A stretch of 64,000 bases of DNA from Arachnia sp. (GCA_047602285.1 JASGHR010000001.1:1326638-1390637); one strand, 5' to 3'; shown: positions 18,701-27,456, counted from the first letter of the stretch. Numbers and translations are program-made. Notes: generated from the letters alone by a model not told the origin.

Positions 18701-18992
18701 TCTTCACCGTGAAATGGCCCGACACTACGGGCTTCACACCCGCGGGCTTGGACGCCTTGGGGATCTTCAGCTTCAGCGGTTCACCCTCGGAAGCCGTCAG
18801 ATGAGGGAGCTTCTTCCACTCTTGCGCCTTTGGTCGCCAGTCAGCAGGCGTCTTCGACGGGTCAGCCGAAGCCGGCGACACACCACCGCCCAGAACGAGA
18901 GCAAGAACCAGGGCGCCGATAACACCCACACGCCACCGGGCACGCCCCAGCCGCGCGCGACGATCACTACGCGAAGTATTCATTTTGGGCAA
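12786..18992 (-). CDS. Rhs/YD-repeat polymorphic toxin with Sec signal peptide and variable C-terminal toxin module
   Basis: 2068 aa. The N-terminal signal is ...GALVLALVLGGGVSPASA. An SpvB/TcC-like N-domain is present (GVPSLGLTGGLVPDVALTYSS...GQGWSY). There are many YD repeats (YDALGRITDL, YDAFGQLLQT, YTYDAGGRRTKAVDP, YTYDKLGRMTK). The Rhs core ends at ...GARLYNPKVGRFLSVDPV...DPINSHDATGL. Confidence 0.9.
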   Translation of the reverse strand: MPKMNTSRSDRRARLGRARWRVGVIGALVLALVLGGGVSPASADPSKTPADWRPKAQEWKKLPHLTASEGEPLKLKIPKASKPAGVKPVVSGHFTVKTDGSKGRKAWVRAGRTPIELRGPESAKVEVLPTAEVIDAGGVGLAFTVDAPQGAEVRIDTAALADAGFAAAAEDRLRVVELPSCYATSPDDPECSVPVKSLETSREGDEKSLVAALPKSSAGAGATVFAVAAGVDGASGSFAAQPLAPSSSWSAGSSTGDFTWAYPLGVPSLGLTGGLVPDVALTYSSSVVDGRVASSNNQPGLIGQGWSYEAGFIERRYVTCKDHPAGGAGNTADLCWAGEALFLNFGGHSGELVRDDASGVWKLRADDGTRVERLTGAPSGAKDGEHWRLTTPDGTKYLFGSEALPGRTDQTLTGATWTVPVYGAHAGDPCYSSSGFASSRCVQGWRWNLDYVEDVHGNAMAYYYSKETNHYSANLGTSRVAYTRGGVPSRIDYGLRNSGGSVYGTVAEAQVVFTAAERCIPSSSFTCDPLQFTPANADHWPDTPQDLRCEGDGACTVVSPTFWTRLRITAITTKARNSAGTFVTRDVWNLTQTYPDLGDDALWLQSIKHTTYTPSGASIVRGPVEFGGDLLDNRVAGYSGYHGMLMWRLVQIKDENGAILSVTYTPKDCTASSVPSTTDLSANTRRCFPVRWPMNGTMKTDFFHKYLVSSVMVQDSQAASPGQLTTYQYVGTPAWHFDDNELVKAGERTWSQFRGYAQVNTLTGNPSNSSNGAADARTLTKTYYLRGMNGDKLSAGGTRSVTVTNSRGETIVDSDQYAGAAYESQSFLKETDTTPAAKTITDFATYATTATRARTGLGSLVARVTGVAKQRSYTATAAGGWLNSTVTYTRDARGREISASTLASGAESTCTTTSYAENTSRNILATPAEVATYADACPSSGAPTSKLLSGARTYYDGSTTLGAVPGIGNPTRTDTAVAASEWAKSTAAFDSYGRLLTSTVFTSASDTTGRTSTTAYTPATGGPVTKVTVTNALGQSSETHHDLDGMILKQVDVAGRITEATYDALGRITDLWEPGFPKSGPATQTFAYTNSPTDYETITTKTTTAISGTTPTQVTSVALYDAFGQLLQTQTGAVGGGRIVDDTFYDSHGWAVRTNNRWYTAGDPAKTRISTADSGINSRTTSTYDALGRPTTVISYKGVTETRRTTTVYSGDQTTVFPPAAAPITASVVNGLGQTLKKLDYVTAPTVSGNVVSGGTFTTTSYAYDGVGQLVRLTDPIGAVWYYTYDAGGRRTKAVDPDTGTTNTSYNHLGEKTTVVDARGTAGTLKYTYDKLGRMTKLVGGSGDKLIGEWVFDTLKPGQLTETKSYIDGDTANPFVEKVTGYDAYARPTGSSLVVPANQGALAGTYSASVTYTNTGQVATQTLPALGGLPAETVTRTYTPQGLPNATTGTNKYVNSTSYTPHGLPSQTVGREGDSLVQSVTYNVETLAVDNTYLNGATTRPQIQAFTYVRNASGQIVRTAQSANFNSPAKVRTMCYRYDTRARLTDAWTSNDDCVANPSSTASTTYGFLPMWHQWTHNDAGVRTKETKNKVVQLPAATTTTTYALGVTGHAHAIASQTSTPTGGTGTTTTYTYDSAGNTTSSTTGGITESLAWNTLGKVASTSKSGKTTSYLYSAGGSILMRKDPNGSTVYTPAGELRLTGTSTKTGTRFYSHNGRSVAQRVGAAVLQALDGDQTGTASVAVDWSDLSKTTWRYHDPYGNRIDGLGTWQTDHTYLDRPTDTTTGYVQTGARLYNPKVGRFLSVDPVLDAANTQTLNGYGYTAADPINSHDATGLNPRNYHQNPDANHYVTTGGRKIEKTKANLPSVKPRAVQEPKTRPANRPARPRFGPSMVLKLLPKLNPYIRLASYAADAADFIWNEAGLAEQWKESGDRLNEERCAARGHAIQSCNAEMEGKIMYRAGNASRVGPVRAMRDFGLPSEDASQIVGPFAPGDPGILGASASLNKDMIQASGWIWEAPLMDLGPGLEWVSAPTIEDSSHILIYPTRELMVSEFDQAIMSIRWERSFKK
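12789..13490 (-). other. C-terminal toxin module of the Rhs protein (234 aa after the DPxxxxDxxGL core end), fold unassigned
   Basis: The module starts right after DPINSHDATGL. Hand-counted GC is 53/120 (44%) for 12781-12900, against 72/120 (60%) for 15001-15120 in the Rhs core and 95/120 (79%) for 39001-39120 in pntA. Confidence 0.7.
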
Positions 18993-21558
18993 ACCTCACT
19001 CGGTCGATGGTGATCGTGACGCTGGTCTCGGCAGTGATGGTGAACATGTTCACCTGTCCTCCAGCCATGGGCACGGTGACGGCGGTGGCATCTGCGGAAT
19101 CGCACCCCTTCGGCTCGACGGCATAGTAGGCAAGCGAACCGGTGCCCGTGTAGGCGGTAGGCACGCAGGAAGGACCGAATCCCGTGTCGTCGCCACCCTG
19201 CGGGGTCCCAAGAACATGCCCATTGATCTGGAAGGCGACGGCCTTGCCGCTCGGGACGGTGATGTCAGATTGAACGACCCACGGCAGTTCCTCGCCGGGC
19301 GGAGCCCCCGCCTTACTGGGTGGTGTGAACGTCAGCGTGACCGGTTGTCCTGGGCTGAGTACCACCATCAGCTTCTTCCCGCCGGACGCATTCGCGTCGG
19401 TCGTGACGGACGCGGACCCGGTCGGCGACAGGTCCTCGGCTTCATAGGTCTTGACGAGAACCGGAGCCGCATTGAGCTTGAACGCGTAGTCCTTCACGCT
19501 AGAGACCTGACCGTTCAAGCTCACCGCGACGACGCGCAACTGCGCCTGCGCCCCGTTCGCCAGCGAAGGCGGAATGGTGAGAGTCGCCAGACCCGATGTC
19601 GCCTTCGCATAGCCGGTCACGGCGCCCGTCGTGCTATTCGTCGTACAACGATCGCTGGTTGTGGAGGGGACAACACCGTTCCAGGAATAGTTGAACCCGA
19701 GCACCTGCGGGTCTGTATCCGCCACCAGAAGTTTGCCGTCGGCTCGCTGATCCGTGTAGGACGCGCCGGCAGGGTGCGTGAACGACTTCACGGTAGGAGC
19801 GAGCGGCGCTCCGAGATCCACTCGGAAGTTGTACGCGGAGGTCCACGCCGAGCTGAGCGCAGTTCCGTCGGTAACGACGCTCGTCGCCTGAACCTTCAAG
19901 TAGTACTCCCCTTCGGCCAAAGCCGGGGATGGGGTTGCTGTGCCAACCGCATTCGAGGCCACAGGATCGCTGTAGTAGGTTCCGACGACGGCATCATTGG
20001 ACTTCCGGTAAACCCGGAAGGCCAGTTTCACCTTGGTAGTCGTCAAGTTGTTGTCCAGCGCCTTGGCTTCCAGCTTCGGAGTCCCCGAGCTCGCGTACAC
20101 AACGCCGTTGCAGACCAGCTTGGAGGTGCTGGCCAATCCGACAGCCGTGGGGGTCCCCGGTGGGAAGCCGTAGGTGATGGAGAGCGTCGGGTCGTTCTCG
20201 AACTTCTTCCATGCATACGGGTCGGTCTCAGTCGCGGCCCGGAGATGGAAGCCTGCCTTGCTGGCCTTGTCGTCGACCAGGTCCTGCACGTATGCAGCGA
20301 CGTCCGTGTCATCGAACGTGACACTCACCTTGCCCGACGAGGTCGAAGCTCGGTCAACCTCGGCGCCCTTCGGGCCCGGCCAGTCCGCTGACGCGCTGAA
20401 ACTGCCGGTGTTCTTCCCAAGGATGACGGCCGTCGCGGCGTTCCCTGCGGCGTGCGTCTGCTCCACGGTGACAGACGCCTTCTTGATCGTGGCCTTGGAG
20501 CCATCGGGACGTGGCTTGAGCTGGCTGATATCGAAATCGAAGTAGCTGCGCGCCTTGTAGGCGGGCGAACATCCCGTCCAGTTGCAGTACCCGACCCGCA
20601 GCACGTCGGAGGTGTTCGCGTAGTTCGACTGGGTATCGCGCACCACAAGGAAGGAGTTCTTCGCCTTGCCGAGCGACGGGTCGATGTAGACCGGGTAGAC
20701 AACGTCTTGCCCTCGGAGATCTGCCGCATCGGGAAGGAGCTGCAGCGTCACCGACTGCGCGCCTGCAGCATGACCGCCACCCCGGGCCGCCGGTCCCTCA
20801 GATGCGAGCGTTTCGATCAGCGCCGCAGACTCCCCTGGCGACTCAGTGCTCGGAACACCACTCGAGCCAGGGGTTGCATCCCAGATCAACGGGGCCGTCG
20901 ATCGGAACACCGTCTCACCCGAGGACGTCACAGCCTGCCCAGAGCCATCCTCCGCCAACGAGTAGGACAGCCCGGACGTCTCGATCCGGAAGTCCAGCGC
21001 ATCCAGCTCTGAATTCAGCGCAGCAGTCCGGTCCTTCACGACAAGGACCTCGGAGAACATCTCGGCATGGGCCGAGACCACGAGGTCGACGCCGGGAAGC
21101 ACATCCCCGTAGGTCAGCTGATCCCCGTCGACGGACGGCGCGGGCAGCACGAACGGTGCGTGCAGGACCAGCTCACCACTTCCGCTCGACACGGTGGCGA
21201 GCGCCGTGTCGCCACCGCTGGAGAAGTCCATGTCAACCGCAGCCGCTACGGGGGCGAGGCGTCCGTCCTTCGGCACAAGGGTGGTGTCAACGTCGACGAA
21301 CCCACCGCCATCACGCACACGCACAGCTTCTCGATCGACGGTCAAAGTTACCGTCCCATCGGGGTTGGCGACACTGATGCTGTGTTCATCAGTCAACTCT
21401 GCGATCTCAACGGCACTATTGGTAGCCACCGCCTCCGCTATCGCTGCCTCGATCGGGTCCGTTGACGACGGGTCAGCTATCGCCGAAGATGCGAGCCCCA
21501 TCGACGCGAACCCCAGCAAGAGAGAACCAACAGTTGCCCGACGCCACACAGTTGTCAC
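18967..21558 (-). CDS. secreted DNRLRE-domain / CBM-like accessory protein upstream of rhs
   Basis: GTG start at 21558 follows GAAGGG. The signal peptide is ...LLLGFASMGLASSAIA. A DNRLRE-like segment is present (LRVGYCNW...ARSYFDFDISQLK). The C-terminal YEAEDLSPTGSASVTTDANASGGKKL resembles CBM6/35 sugar-binding modules. It overlaps the rhs start by 26 nt. Confidence 0.65.
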   Translation of the reverse strand: MTTVWRRATVGSLLLGFASMGLASSAIADPSSTDPIEAAIAEAVATNSAVEIAELTDEHSISVANPDGTVTLTVDREAVRVRDGGGFVDVDTTLVPKDGRLAPVAAAVDMDFSSGGDTALATVSSGSGELVLHAPFVLPAPSVDGDQLTYGDVLPGVDLVVSAHAEMFSEVLVVKDRTAALNSELDALDFRIETSGLSYSLAEDGSGQAVTSSGETVFRSTAPLIWDATPGSSGVPSTESPGESAALIETLASEGPAARGGGHAAGAQSVTLQLLPDAADLRGQDVVYPVYIDPSLGKAKNSFLVVRDTQSNYANTSDVLRVGYCNWTGCSPAYKARSYFDFDISQLKPRPDGSKATIKKASVTVEQTHAAGNAATAVILGKNTGSFSASADWPGPKGAEVDRASTSSGKVSVTFDDTDVAAYVQDLVDDKASKAGFHLRAATETDPYAWKKFENDPTLSITYGFPPGTPTAVGLASTSKLVCNGVVYASSGTPKLEAKALDNNLTTTKVKLAFRVYRKSNDAVVGTYYSDPVASNAVGTATPSPALAEGEYYLKVQATSVVTDGTALSSAWTSAYNFRVDLGAPLAPTVKSFTHPAGASYTDQRADGKLLVADTDPQVLGFNYSWNGVVPSTTSDRCTTNSTTGAVTGYAKATSGLATLTIPPSLANGAQAQLRVVAVSLNGQVSSVKDYAFKLNAAPVLVKTYEAEDLSPTGSASVTTDANASGGKKLMVVLSPGQPVTLTFTPPSKAGAPPGEELPWVVQSDITVPSGKAVAFQINGHVLGTPQGGDDTGFGPSCVPTAYTGTGSLAYYAVEPKGCDSADATAVTVPMAGGQVNMFTITAETSVTITIDRVRFAQNEYFA

Positions 21559-21788
21559 GAAAGACCCTTCGGTTTCCGGAAATATACGAGAGGAGGCGGC
21601 GACCTCGCCGGCACCGTCTATCAGGAAACCTAGGGCTACGGCGCAGTGTGCGTGGCGAAAGTTTCAAAGAGGGCACATGTGTACCCTGCTCGGCTCGCAG
21701 GTGCAGGGCTGGTGCCCGTCATGCCCTCTCCAGCCGCCCCCGCACGGGTTCCCCGACCGTCGGCAGCGGCACCGCGTAGGGTGACGAC

Positions 21789-22640
21789 ATGGCAGTTCTC
21801 ATGGTGGCCCTCCTCGACGGCACGATCATCGACCCGGCGCAGCCCATCGTGCGCGCGGACGACCAAGGTGTTATTCGCGGCGACGGCGTATTCGACGCGC
21901 TGCTCGCCATCCGTGGCCAGGCCAGGGACCTGGATCTGCACCTGGAGCGCCTCGCGCGGTCGGCGGCCATGCTGGACCTTCCCGCGCCGAAGGAGGACGG
22001 CTACCGCCGCGCCGTGGACGCGCTCCTCGGCGCGTGGGACTGGGCCACATATCCGGAAGCCATGTTCCGCTTCATCCTGACACGCGGACCGGAGGGCATC
22101 TCCGACAAGCCCGGCGGCTGGGTGGCAGCTGCGCCGCTCGACGAGGCCTCGCGCCGCCAACGGGCCGGCGGCGTCGCGGTGATGCTGCTGGACCGCGGCT
22201 TCGAGGGCCCCGAGATCGCGCACCTGCCGTGGCTGCTTCCCGGCGCGAAGTCGCTCTCCTACGGCATCAACATGGCGGCCAAGCGCTACGCCGCCGCCCG
22301 GGGCGCGGACGACGTCGTCTTCCACTCCCCCTCCGGACGCCTCCTCGAAGGCCCCATGGCGAGCGTGGTGCTCGACCTCGACGGCGTGCTCGCCACGCCC
22401 CCGTTCGAGGGCATCCTGCGCTCGATCACCATCGAGGAACTGATCTCACGCGCGCCCGCGGCCGGGATCGAGGCCCAGTTCCGCGAGCTGCACCGCGACG
22501 ACTTCGACCGCTGCCGCGGCGCCTGGATGCTCTCCAGCAGCAGGGTGGTGGCCCGGATCTCGCACGTCGACGGCCGCGAACTGCCCACCTCCCCGCTCGA
22601 CGCCGAGGTGCGCCGGCTGATGGACGTGCCGGGCGAGTGA
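21789..22640 (+). CDS. class-IV aminotransferase family (aminodeoxychorismate lyase-like)
   Basis: 283 aa. ...RADDQGVIRGDGVFDAL...LHLERLARSAAML... is typical of fold-type IV PLP enzymes. Confidence 0.65.
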   Translation: MAVLMVALLDGTIIDPAQPIVRADDQGVIRGDGVFDALLAIRGQARDLDLHLERLARSAAMLDLPAPKEDGYRRAVDALLGAWDWATYPEAMFRFILTRGPEGISDKPGGWVAAAPLDEASRRQRAGGVAVMLLDRGFEGPEIAHLPWLLPGAKSLSYGINMAAKRYAAARGADDVVFHSPSGRLLEGPMASVVLDLDGVLATPPFEGILRSITIEELISRAPAAGIEAQFRELHRDDFDRCRGAWMLSSSRVVARISHVDGRELPTSPLDAEVRRLMDVPGE

Positions 22641-23263
22641 TGCTCGTCCCGCCCGACATCTCCTGGGGCAGCCTGCCCGACGAGGGCAGGGCCGTCCTCC
22701 TGAAGGTAGCCGCACGCGCGCGAGAGCTGCTGGGCGGGACCCTCACGACGGATCGCGACGGGGACCGCGTCACGCTTCGGATCACCGAGGTCGAGGCCTA
22801 CGGCGGTGGATTCGACCCCGCGTCGCATGCCTACCGCGGCCCGTCGGCACGCAACGCCGCCATGTTCGGCCCACCGCTGCACGCCTACGTCTACCGACAC
22901 ATGGGCCTGCACACCTGCATGAACGTCGTCGTGGGCGTGGACGGCCTGCCCACCGGCGTGCTGCTGCGCGCGGGCGAGGTGATCGACGGCACCCCCGTCG
23001 CCCGAGCACGCCGGTCGGCCCGCGGCGTCACCCGCACCGACCTCGACCTGGCCGCCGGACCCGCGCGGCTGACCGTGGCCATGGGCATCACGATCGACGA
23101 CGGCGGCATCCCGCTCGACGGCTCGGCCGGGCTCCTGCTCCAGACCCGTCAGGGCCCTGAGCCCGCCCTCGCCGACGGCCCGCGCATCGGCGTGGGGCGC
23201 GCCACGGACTTCCCCCTGCGGTTCTGGATCGCGGGCGACCCGACGGTCTCCAAACCCCGCTGA
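22640..23263 (+). CDS. DNA-3-methyladenine glycosylase (Mpg/AAG family)
   Basis: Motifs ITEVEAYGG..DPASHAYRG.SARNAAMFGPP.HAYVY..YG...C.NVV and GPARLTVAMGI. ATG at 22640 overlaps the upstream TGA (TGATG). Confidence 0.8.
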   Translation: MLVPPDISWGSLPDEGRAVLLKVAARARELLGGTLTTDRDGDRVTLRITEVEAYGGGFDPASHAYRGPSARNAAMFGPPLHAYVYRHMGLHTCMNVVVGVDGLPTGVLLRAGEVIDGTPVARARRSARGVTRTDLDLAAGPARLTVAMGITIDDGGIPLDGSAGLLLQTRQGPEPALADGPRIGVGRATDFPLRFWIAGDPTVSKPR

Positions 23264-23269
23264 CAAGCG

Positions 23270-23305
23270 AAGAGCCGGGCGACGCCATCGCGTCGCCCGG
23301 CTCTT
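23270..23305. terminator. bidirectional stem-loop between convergent genes
   Basis: AAGAGCCGGGCGACG (23270-23284) and CGTCGCCCGGCTCTT (23291-23305) are perfect 15-bp reverse complements. Confidence 0.6.
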
Positions 23306-23315
23306 GGTCAGGACC

Positions 23316-23879
23316 TCAGAAGGCGAGACCTGCGGGCTCGGGGCCGAGCTCGGCCTCCCGCGGGTTCACCACCTGGAAGCCGTTGGCCTTGTAGGCCTCG
23401 TAGTCGAACTCCTCGCACTCGTCGAGGCCGATCTTGTGGTACTCGTAGAAGCCGTCCCAGTCCTCGTAGCCGTCGCCCAGGTTGGTACCCAGGAACGCGT
23501 CGGCCATGGCCATGCCCAGGCGCGGCGCGATCCAGAACCCGCCCATCGCGAGCACGTTGCAGCCGTTGGCCGCCGCGGCCCGCTTGGCCGACCGCACGGA
23601 CTCCGCCACAGCGGCGTGCACGTGCGGGCATTTGCTGGCCGCCACGTGGATGCCCATGCCGGTGCCGCAGAAGGCCAGCGCCTTCTCGAACTCGCCCTCG
23701 GCGATCTGCGATCCCACCAGGAAGCCCACCCGGTGGTACATCGGGAGGTCGTCCTTCGTCGGAGTGAGGTCGGTGACCGTCCACCCGTTCTCCTCCAGGT
23801 GCGCCTTCACGTACTCCTTGAGCGGGAAGCCCGCGAAGTCCGCCCCGACGACGACCTGCTTGTCAGCTGTCGTTCGCAT
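23316..23879 (-). CDS. RpiB/LacA/LacB-family sugar-phosphate isomerase
   Basis: 187 aa with VVVGADFAGFPLKE..., FCGTGMGIHVAASK and NVLAMGG. Confidence 0.75.
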   Translation of the reverse strand: MRTTADKQVVVGADFAGFPLKEYVKAHLEENGWTVTDLTPTKDDLPMYHRVGFLVGSQIAEGEFEKALAFCGTGMGIHVAASKCPHVHAAVAESVRSAKRAAAANGCNVLAMGGFWIAPRLGMAMADAFLGTNLGDGYEDWDGFYEYHKIGLDECEEFDYEAYKANGFQVVNPREAELGPEPAGLAF

Positions 23880-23895
23880 CTCTCCTCCTCTCCCC

Positions 23896-24921
23896 TTACT
23901 TCTTCTTCCTGAACCGGGCGAGGAACCCGGTGCCGCTGTTGCCCGTGCTGATCACGATGAGCAGGACGGCGCCCCAGATGAGCGGCAGGTAGAAGTTGCT
24001 GATCTCGGGGAACGTGTTCAGGCCGGACTGCAGGATCTGCAGGATCGCGATGGCCATCACCACGCCCACCAGGCGGCCGCTGCCGCCGTTGGGATCAACA
24101 CCGCCGAGGACGACGATGAGGACGGTGAGCAGCGTGTAGGCGGTGCCGTAATCGGCCTTCGCCGAGTTGTAGTTCGCCATCATCACCAGGCCCGCGATGC
24201 CCGCGCACAGCCCGGAAAGGGCGTAGGTGCGCACGAGCAGGCTGACGGAGTTCAGGCCGCTGAACTTGGCCGCCGTCGCGTTGCTGCCAATCATGTACAG
24301 CTTCTTCCCGAAGGCCATCTTCACCAGGATGAACCCGATGATCAGGGCGACGATGACGAAGATGATCAGCGGCACCGGGATGCGCAGCAGCTTGCCGCCG
24401 AGCAGGGCGCTGTAGGCGGGCGGGAGGCCGCTGAGCGGCTTGCCCGCCGTGATCACGATGGCGATGCCGGTGAACAGCTCGAGCGTGCCGAGGGTCACGA
24501 GGATCGCCGGGATCTTCACCTTGGCGACGAGGAAGCCGTTGAACGCGCCCGCGAGCGTGCCCAGCACGATCGACAGCACGATGGCGACGAGCACAGCCGT
24601 GGCCTGCTGACCGTCGGAGGCGCCCGACGGGGCCATGGCCAGCATCACGGAGGCCGACGTGATGGCCGTCATGTTCGCGATGCCCACCGACGAGAGGTCG
24701 ATGCCGCCCGTGATCATGGTGAGCATTACGCCGAGCGCCATCAGGCCGAACTCGGGGAAGGCGACGCCCATGGCCTGCCACGTGGACACGCGGGTGAACG
24801 AGTCGGTCTTCAGGATCGCGAACAGCAGGAGCAGCGCGGCCAGCATCACGACGAGGCGCTGGAGGTGCGGGTCGAGCCCGATCCGGCGCGTCTTCTTGGG
24901 GGTAGCGGTAGTCGTGGTCAT
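23896..24921 (-). CDS. sugar ABC transporter permease (RbsC-like)
   Basis: Polytopic hydrophobic protein. ATG at 24921 is preceded by GAAAGGA at 6-nt spacing; an alternative GTG at 24936 overlaps the upstream stop. Confidence 0.8.
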   Translation of the reverse strand: MTTTTATPKKTRRIGLDPHLQRLVVMLAALLLLFAILKTDSFTRVSTWQAMGVAFPEFGLMALGVMLTMITGGIDLSSVGIANMTAITSASVMLAMAPSGASDGQQATAVLVAIVLSIVLGTLAGAFNGFLVAKVKIPAILVTLGTLELFTGIAIVITAGKPLSGLPPAYSALLGGKLLRIPVPLIIFVIVALIIGFILVKMAFGKKLYMIGSNATAAKFSGLNSVSLLVRTYALSGLCAGIAGLVMMANYNSAKADYGTAYTLLTVLIVVLGGVDPNGGSGRLVGVVMAIAILQILQSGLNTFPEISNFYLPLIWGAVLLIVISTGNSGTGFLARFRKKK

Positions 24922-24932
24922 GTCAGGTCCTT

Positions 24933-25943
24933 TCACTCCGCCACCAGACGCTGGCGCTTGCGGCGCCGCGTCAACTGGACGGCCGACACGCCCGTGCCGA
25001 CGATGATCAGCAGGCCGAGCGCGAAGCGCTGCCAGAACGTCGGCACGCCGACGAGGATCATGCTGTTCTGCACGATCACGATGAGCAGGGTGCCGAGCAT
25101 CACGCCCGTCAGCGAGCCGGTGCCGCCGGTGATGGCGGTGCCGCCGAGGACGACGGCCGCGATGACCATCATCTCCATGCCGAGCAGGTTCGTCGGGTGC
25201 ATCTGCCCCATGCTCGTGGTGCGCACCAGGCCGCCGAGGGCCGCGATGACGCCGACGATCACGTAGAGCCAGAACTTGATCCTGTTCACCTTGAAGCCCG
25301 CACGCACGGCCGACGACTCGTCGCCGCCCAGCGCGAAGATCCCGCGGCCGAACATCGTGTAGCGCATCACGAAGAAGACGATGGCCAGCACCGCGACGAG
25401 GATCAGGAACGACACCGGCATCGCAGAGGTGAGGCCCGTGGAGCTCGTCGCCTTGAACAGCGACGCGCGCCCGAACGCCTCCATCGACGGCGGCAGCTGC
25501 GAGATCTGCACCGACGCCAGCGCGCCCTGCATCACGCCGGAGAACACATTGGCCGTGCCGAGGGTGATGATCAGCGTCGGCACCGCCAACCGCGACGTGA
25601 AGACGCCGTTGAACGCACCGAGCAGCGCGCCCAGCACGATGACGAGCACGAACGGCAGCAGCACCGACCCCTGATACCCGGAGTCCACCAGGTAGCGGGT
25701 CACGGCGTACACCGCGAGCGAGGCGAGCGCCGGGAACGACACGTCGATGCCGCCGGAGACGATCACCAGGTAGGCGCCGATGGCGAACAGCCCGGGCACC
25801 ACCATGGCGTTGGCCAGGTCCACGAGGTTGTTCGGCGTGAAGAACTGGCCGGAGCGGGCCTGGATGACGAGGCTCAGCACCACGATGATCAGCAACAGGT
25901 AGAACTCGTTGGCGCGCAGCAGTTTGCCGAGGAAGCCCTGCAT
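24933..25943 (-). CDS. sugar ABC transporter permease (RbsC-like)
   Basis: 336-aa polytopic protein with the ...GGIDVSF... motif of the branched-type sugar permease family. Confidence 0.8.
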   Translation of the reverse strand: MQGFLGKLLRANEFYLLLIIVVLSLVIQARSGQFFTPNNLVDLANAMVVPGLFAIGAYLVIVSGGIDVSFPALASLAVYAVTRYLVDSGYQGSVLLPFVLVIVLGALLGAFNGVFTSRLAVPTLIITLGTANVFSGVMQGALASVQISQLPPSMEAFGRASLFKATSSTGLTSAMPVSFLILVAVLAIVFFVMRYTMFGRGIFALGGDESSAVRAGFKVNRIKFWLYVIVGVIAALGGLVRTTSMGQMHPTNLLGMEMMVIAAVVLGGTAITGGTGSLTGVMLGTLLIVIVQNSMILVGVPTFWQRFALGLLIIVGTGVSAVQLTRRRKRQRLVAE

Positions 25944-25944
25944 C

Positions 25945-27456
25945 TCACTGCTCCTTTCCGGGCGTCGAGCCGCCCGTGATCATGGCCGACATCTCCGCCT
26001 CGGTGACCGACGCGGGGTCCACCTCGGCAACGAGGCGGCCCTCCTGCAGCAGCAGGACGCGGTTGGAGACGGTCAACAGCTCGGGGATGTCGTCGGTGAT
26101 GACGATGATGCCCATGCCGCGGTTCGCGAGCTCGTTGAGGATCTCGTGGATGACCCGCTTGGAGCCGATATCGACGCCGACGGTGGGGCCGTTGAGGATG
26201 AGGATGTCCGGGTTCGTGGCGAGCCACTTGGCCAGGACGACGCGCTGCTGATTGCCGCCGGAGAGCGTGCTGACCGCGTTGTACGGGTTCGCCGTCGCGA
26301 TCTTCATCTCGTCGACCCGGAACTCGACCTCCTGCGCGCGCCGCTTGTCGTCGAGGATGCCGACGGCGTTGCTCAGCTGATCGAGCTCCGAGATCACGAT
26401 GTTGTCCGCGATGGAGCGTTGCAGCATCAGGCCCTCGGTGAGCCGGTCCTCGGGAACGTAGGCGATGCCGTTGGAGATCGCGTCCTTGATGCCCTTGAGC
26501 ACCACAGGCTTGCCGCCCACGCGGATCTCGCCCTCGTCGGCGCCGAAGACGCCGAACAGGGTGAGCGCCAACTCGGTGCGGCCCGAGCCGAGGAGGCCCG
26601 TGATGCCCAGCACCTCGCCCTTGTGGAGCGTGAAGTTGATGTCGTAGAGGGCATCCTTCAGCCCGAGGCCCTTGGCCTCGAGGACGGCGTCGCCGCGCTC
26701 CCCCGTCGGTGCCGTGCTCGACTCGTCGTAGTCGCGGCCCGTCATGTACTGGGCGAACTTCTTGCGGTCCAGCTCGGCGGGCACCGTCGTGACGACGAGC
26801 TTGCCGTTGCGGATGATGGTGAACCGCTCGCTGATCTCGAACACCTCCTCCAGCTTGTGGCTGACGAAGAGGATGGCGATGCCGCGGGACTGCAGGTCGG
26901 CGACGACCTTGAACAGCGCCTCGACCTCACGGTGCGTGAGGGCGGTGGTGGGCTCGTCCATGATGAGCAGCTTCGTGTCCGTCAGCAGCGCGCGACAGAT
27001 GGCGACGAGCTGCTTGTCGGCCACCGAGAGGTCGCCGACGCGGGCGTCGAGATCCACCTTGAAGTTGATCTTGGCGATCGCCTCCTGGGCGATCTGCCGG
27101 AAGCGCTTCCAGTTGACGAGCTTGCGGCCGTTGGAAACCTCGCCGGTGAGGGCCAGGTTCTCCATCACGGTGAGGTTCGGGAACACCGAGAAGTCCTGGT
27201 AGATCACCTGGACGCCGTTCTGGATGGCCTCGATCGGCGTCAGCTTGGAGTACGTCTTGCCGTTCATGGTGACCTGGCCGGCGGTCGGCTGATAGACGCC
27301 CGAGATGACCTTGATCATCGTCGACTTGCCGGAGCCGTTCTCGCCGGCGAGGCAGTGCACCTCGCCGGGGTATATGTCGAAGTCGACCTGGTCGAGGGCC
27401 TTCACACCGGAAAACGCCATTGTCAGACCGCGGATCGACAGGAATGGTTCAGCCAT
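25945..27456 (-). CDS. sugar ABC transporter ATP-binding protein (duplicated ATPase, RbsA-like)
   Basis: Walker A is GENGSGKST. The second half carries LSGGNQQRVVLAKW. ATG at 27456 is preceded by AGGAGAG. Confidence 0.85.
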   Translation of the reverse strand: MAEPFLSIRGLTMAFSGVKALDQVDFDIYPGEVHCLAGENGSGKSTMIKVISGVYQPTAGQVTMNGKTYSKLTPIEAIQNGVQVIYQDFSVFPNLTVMENLALTGEVSNGRKLVNWKRFRQIAQEAIAKINFKVDLDARVGDLSVADKQLVAICRALLTDTKLLIMDEPTTALTHREVEALFKVVADLQSRGIAILFVSHKLEEVFEISERFTIIRNGKLVVTTVPAELDRKKFAQYMTGRDYDESSTAPTGERGDAVLEAKGLGLKDALYDINFTLHKGEVLGITGLLGSGRTELALTLFGVFGADEGEIRVGGKPVVLKGIKDAISNGIAYVPEDRLTEGLMLQRSIADNIVISELDQLSNAVGILDDKRRAQEVEFRVDEMKIATANPYNAVSTLSGGNQQRVVLAKWLATNPDILILNGPTVGVDIGSKRVIHEILNELANRGMGIIVITDDIPELLTVSNRVLLLQEGRLVAEVDPASVTEAEMSAMITGGSTPGKEQ

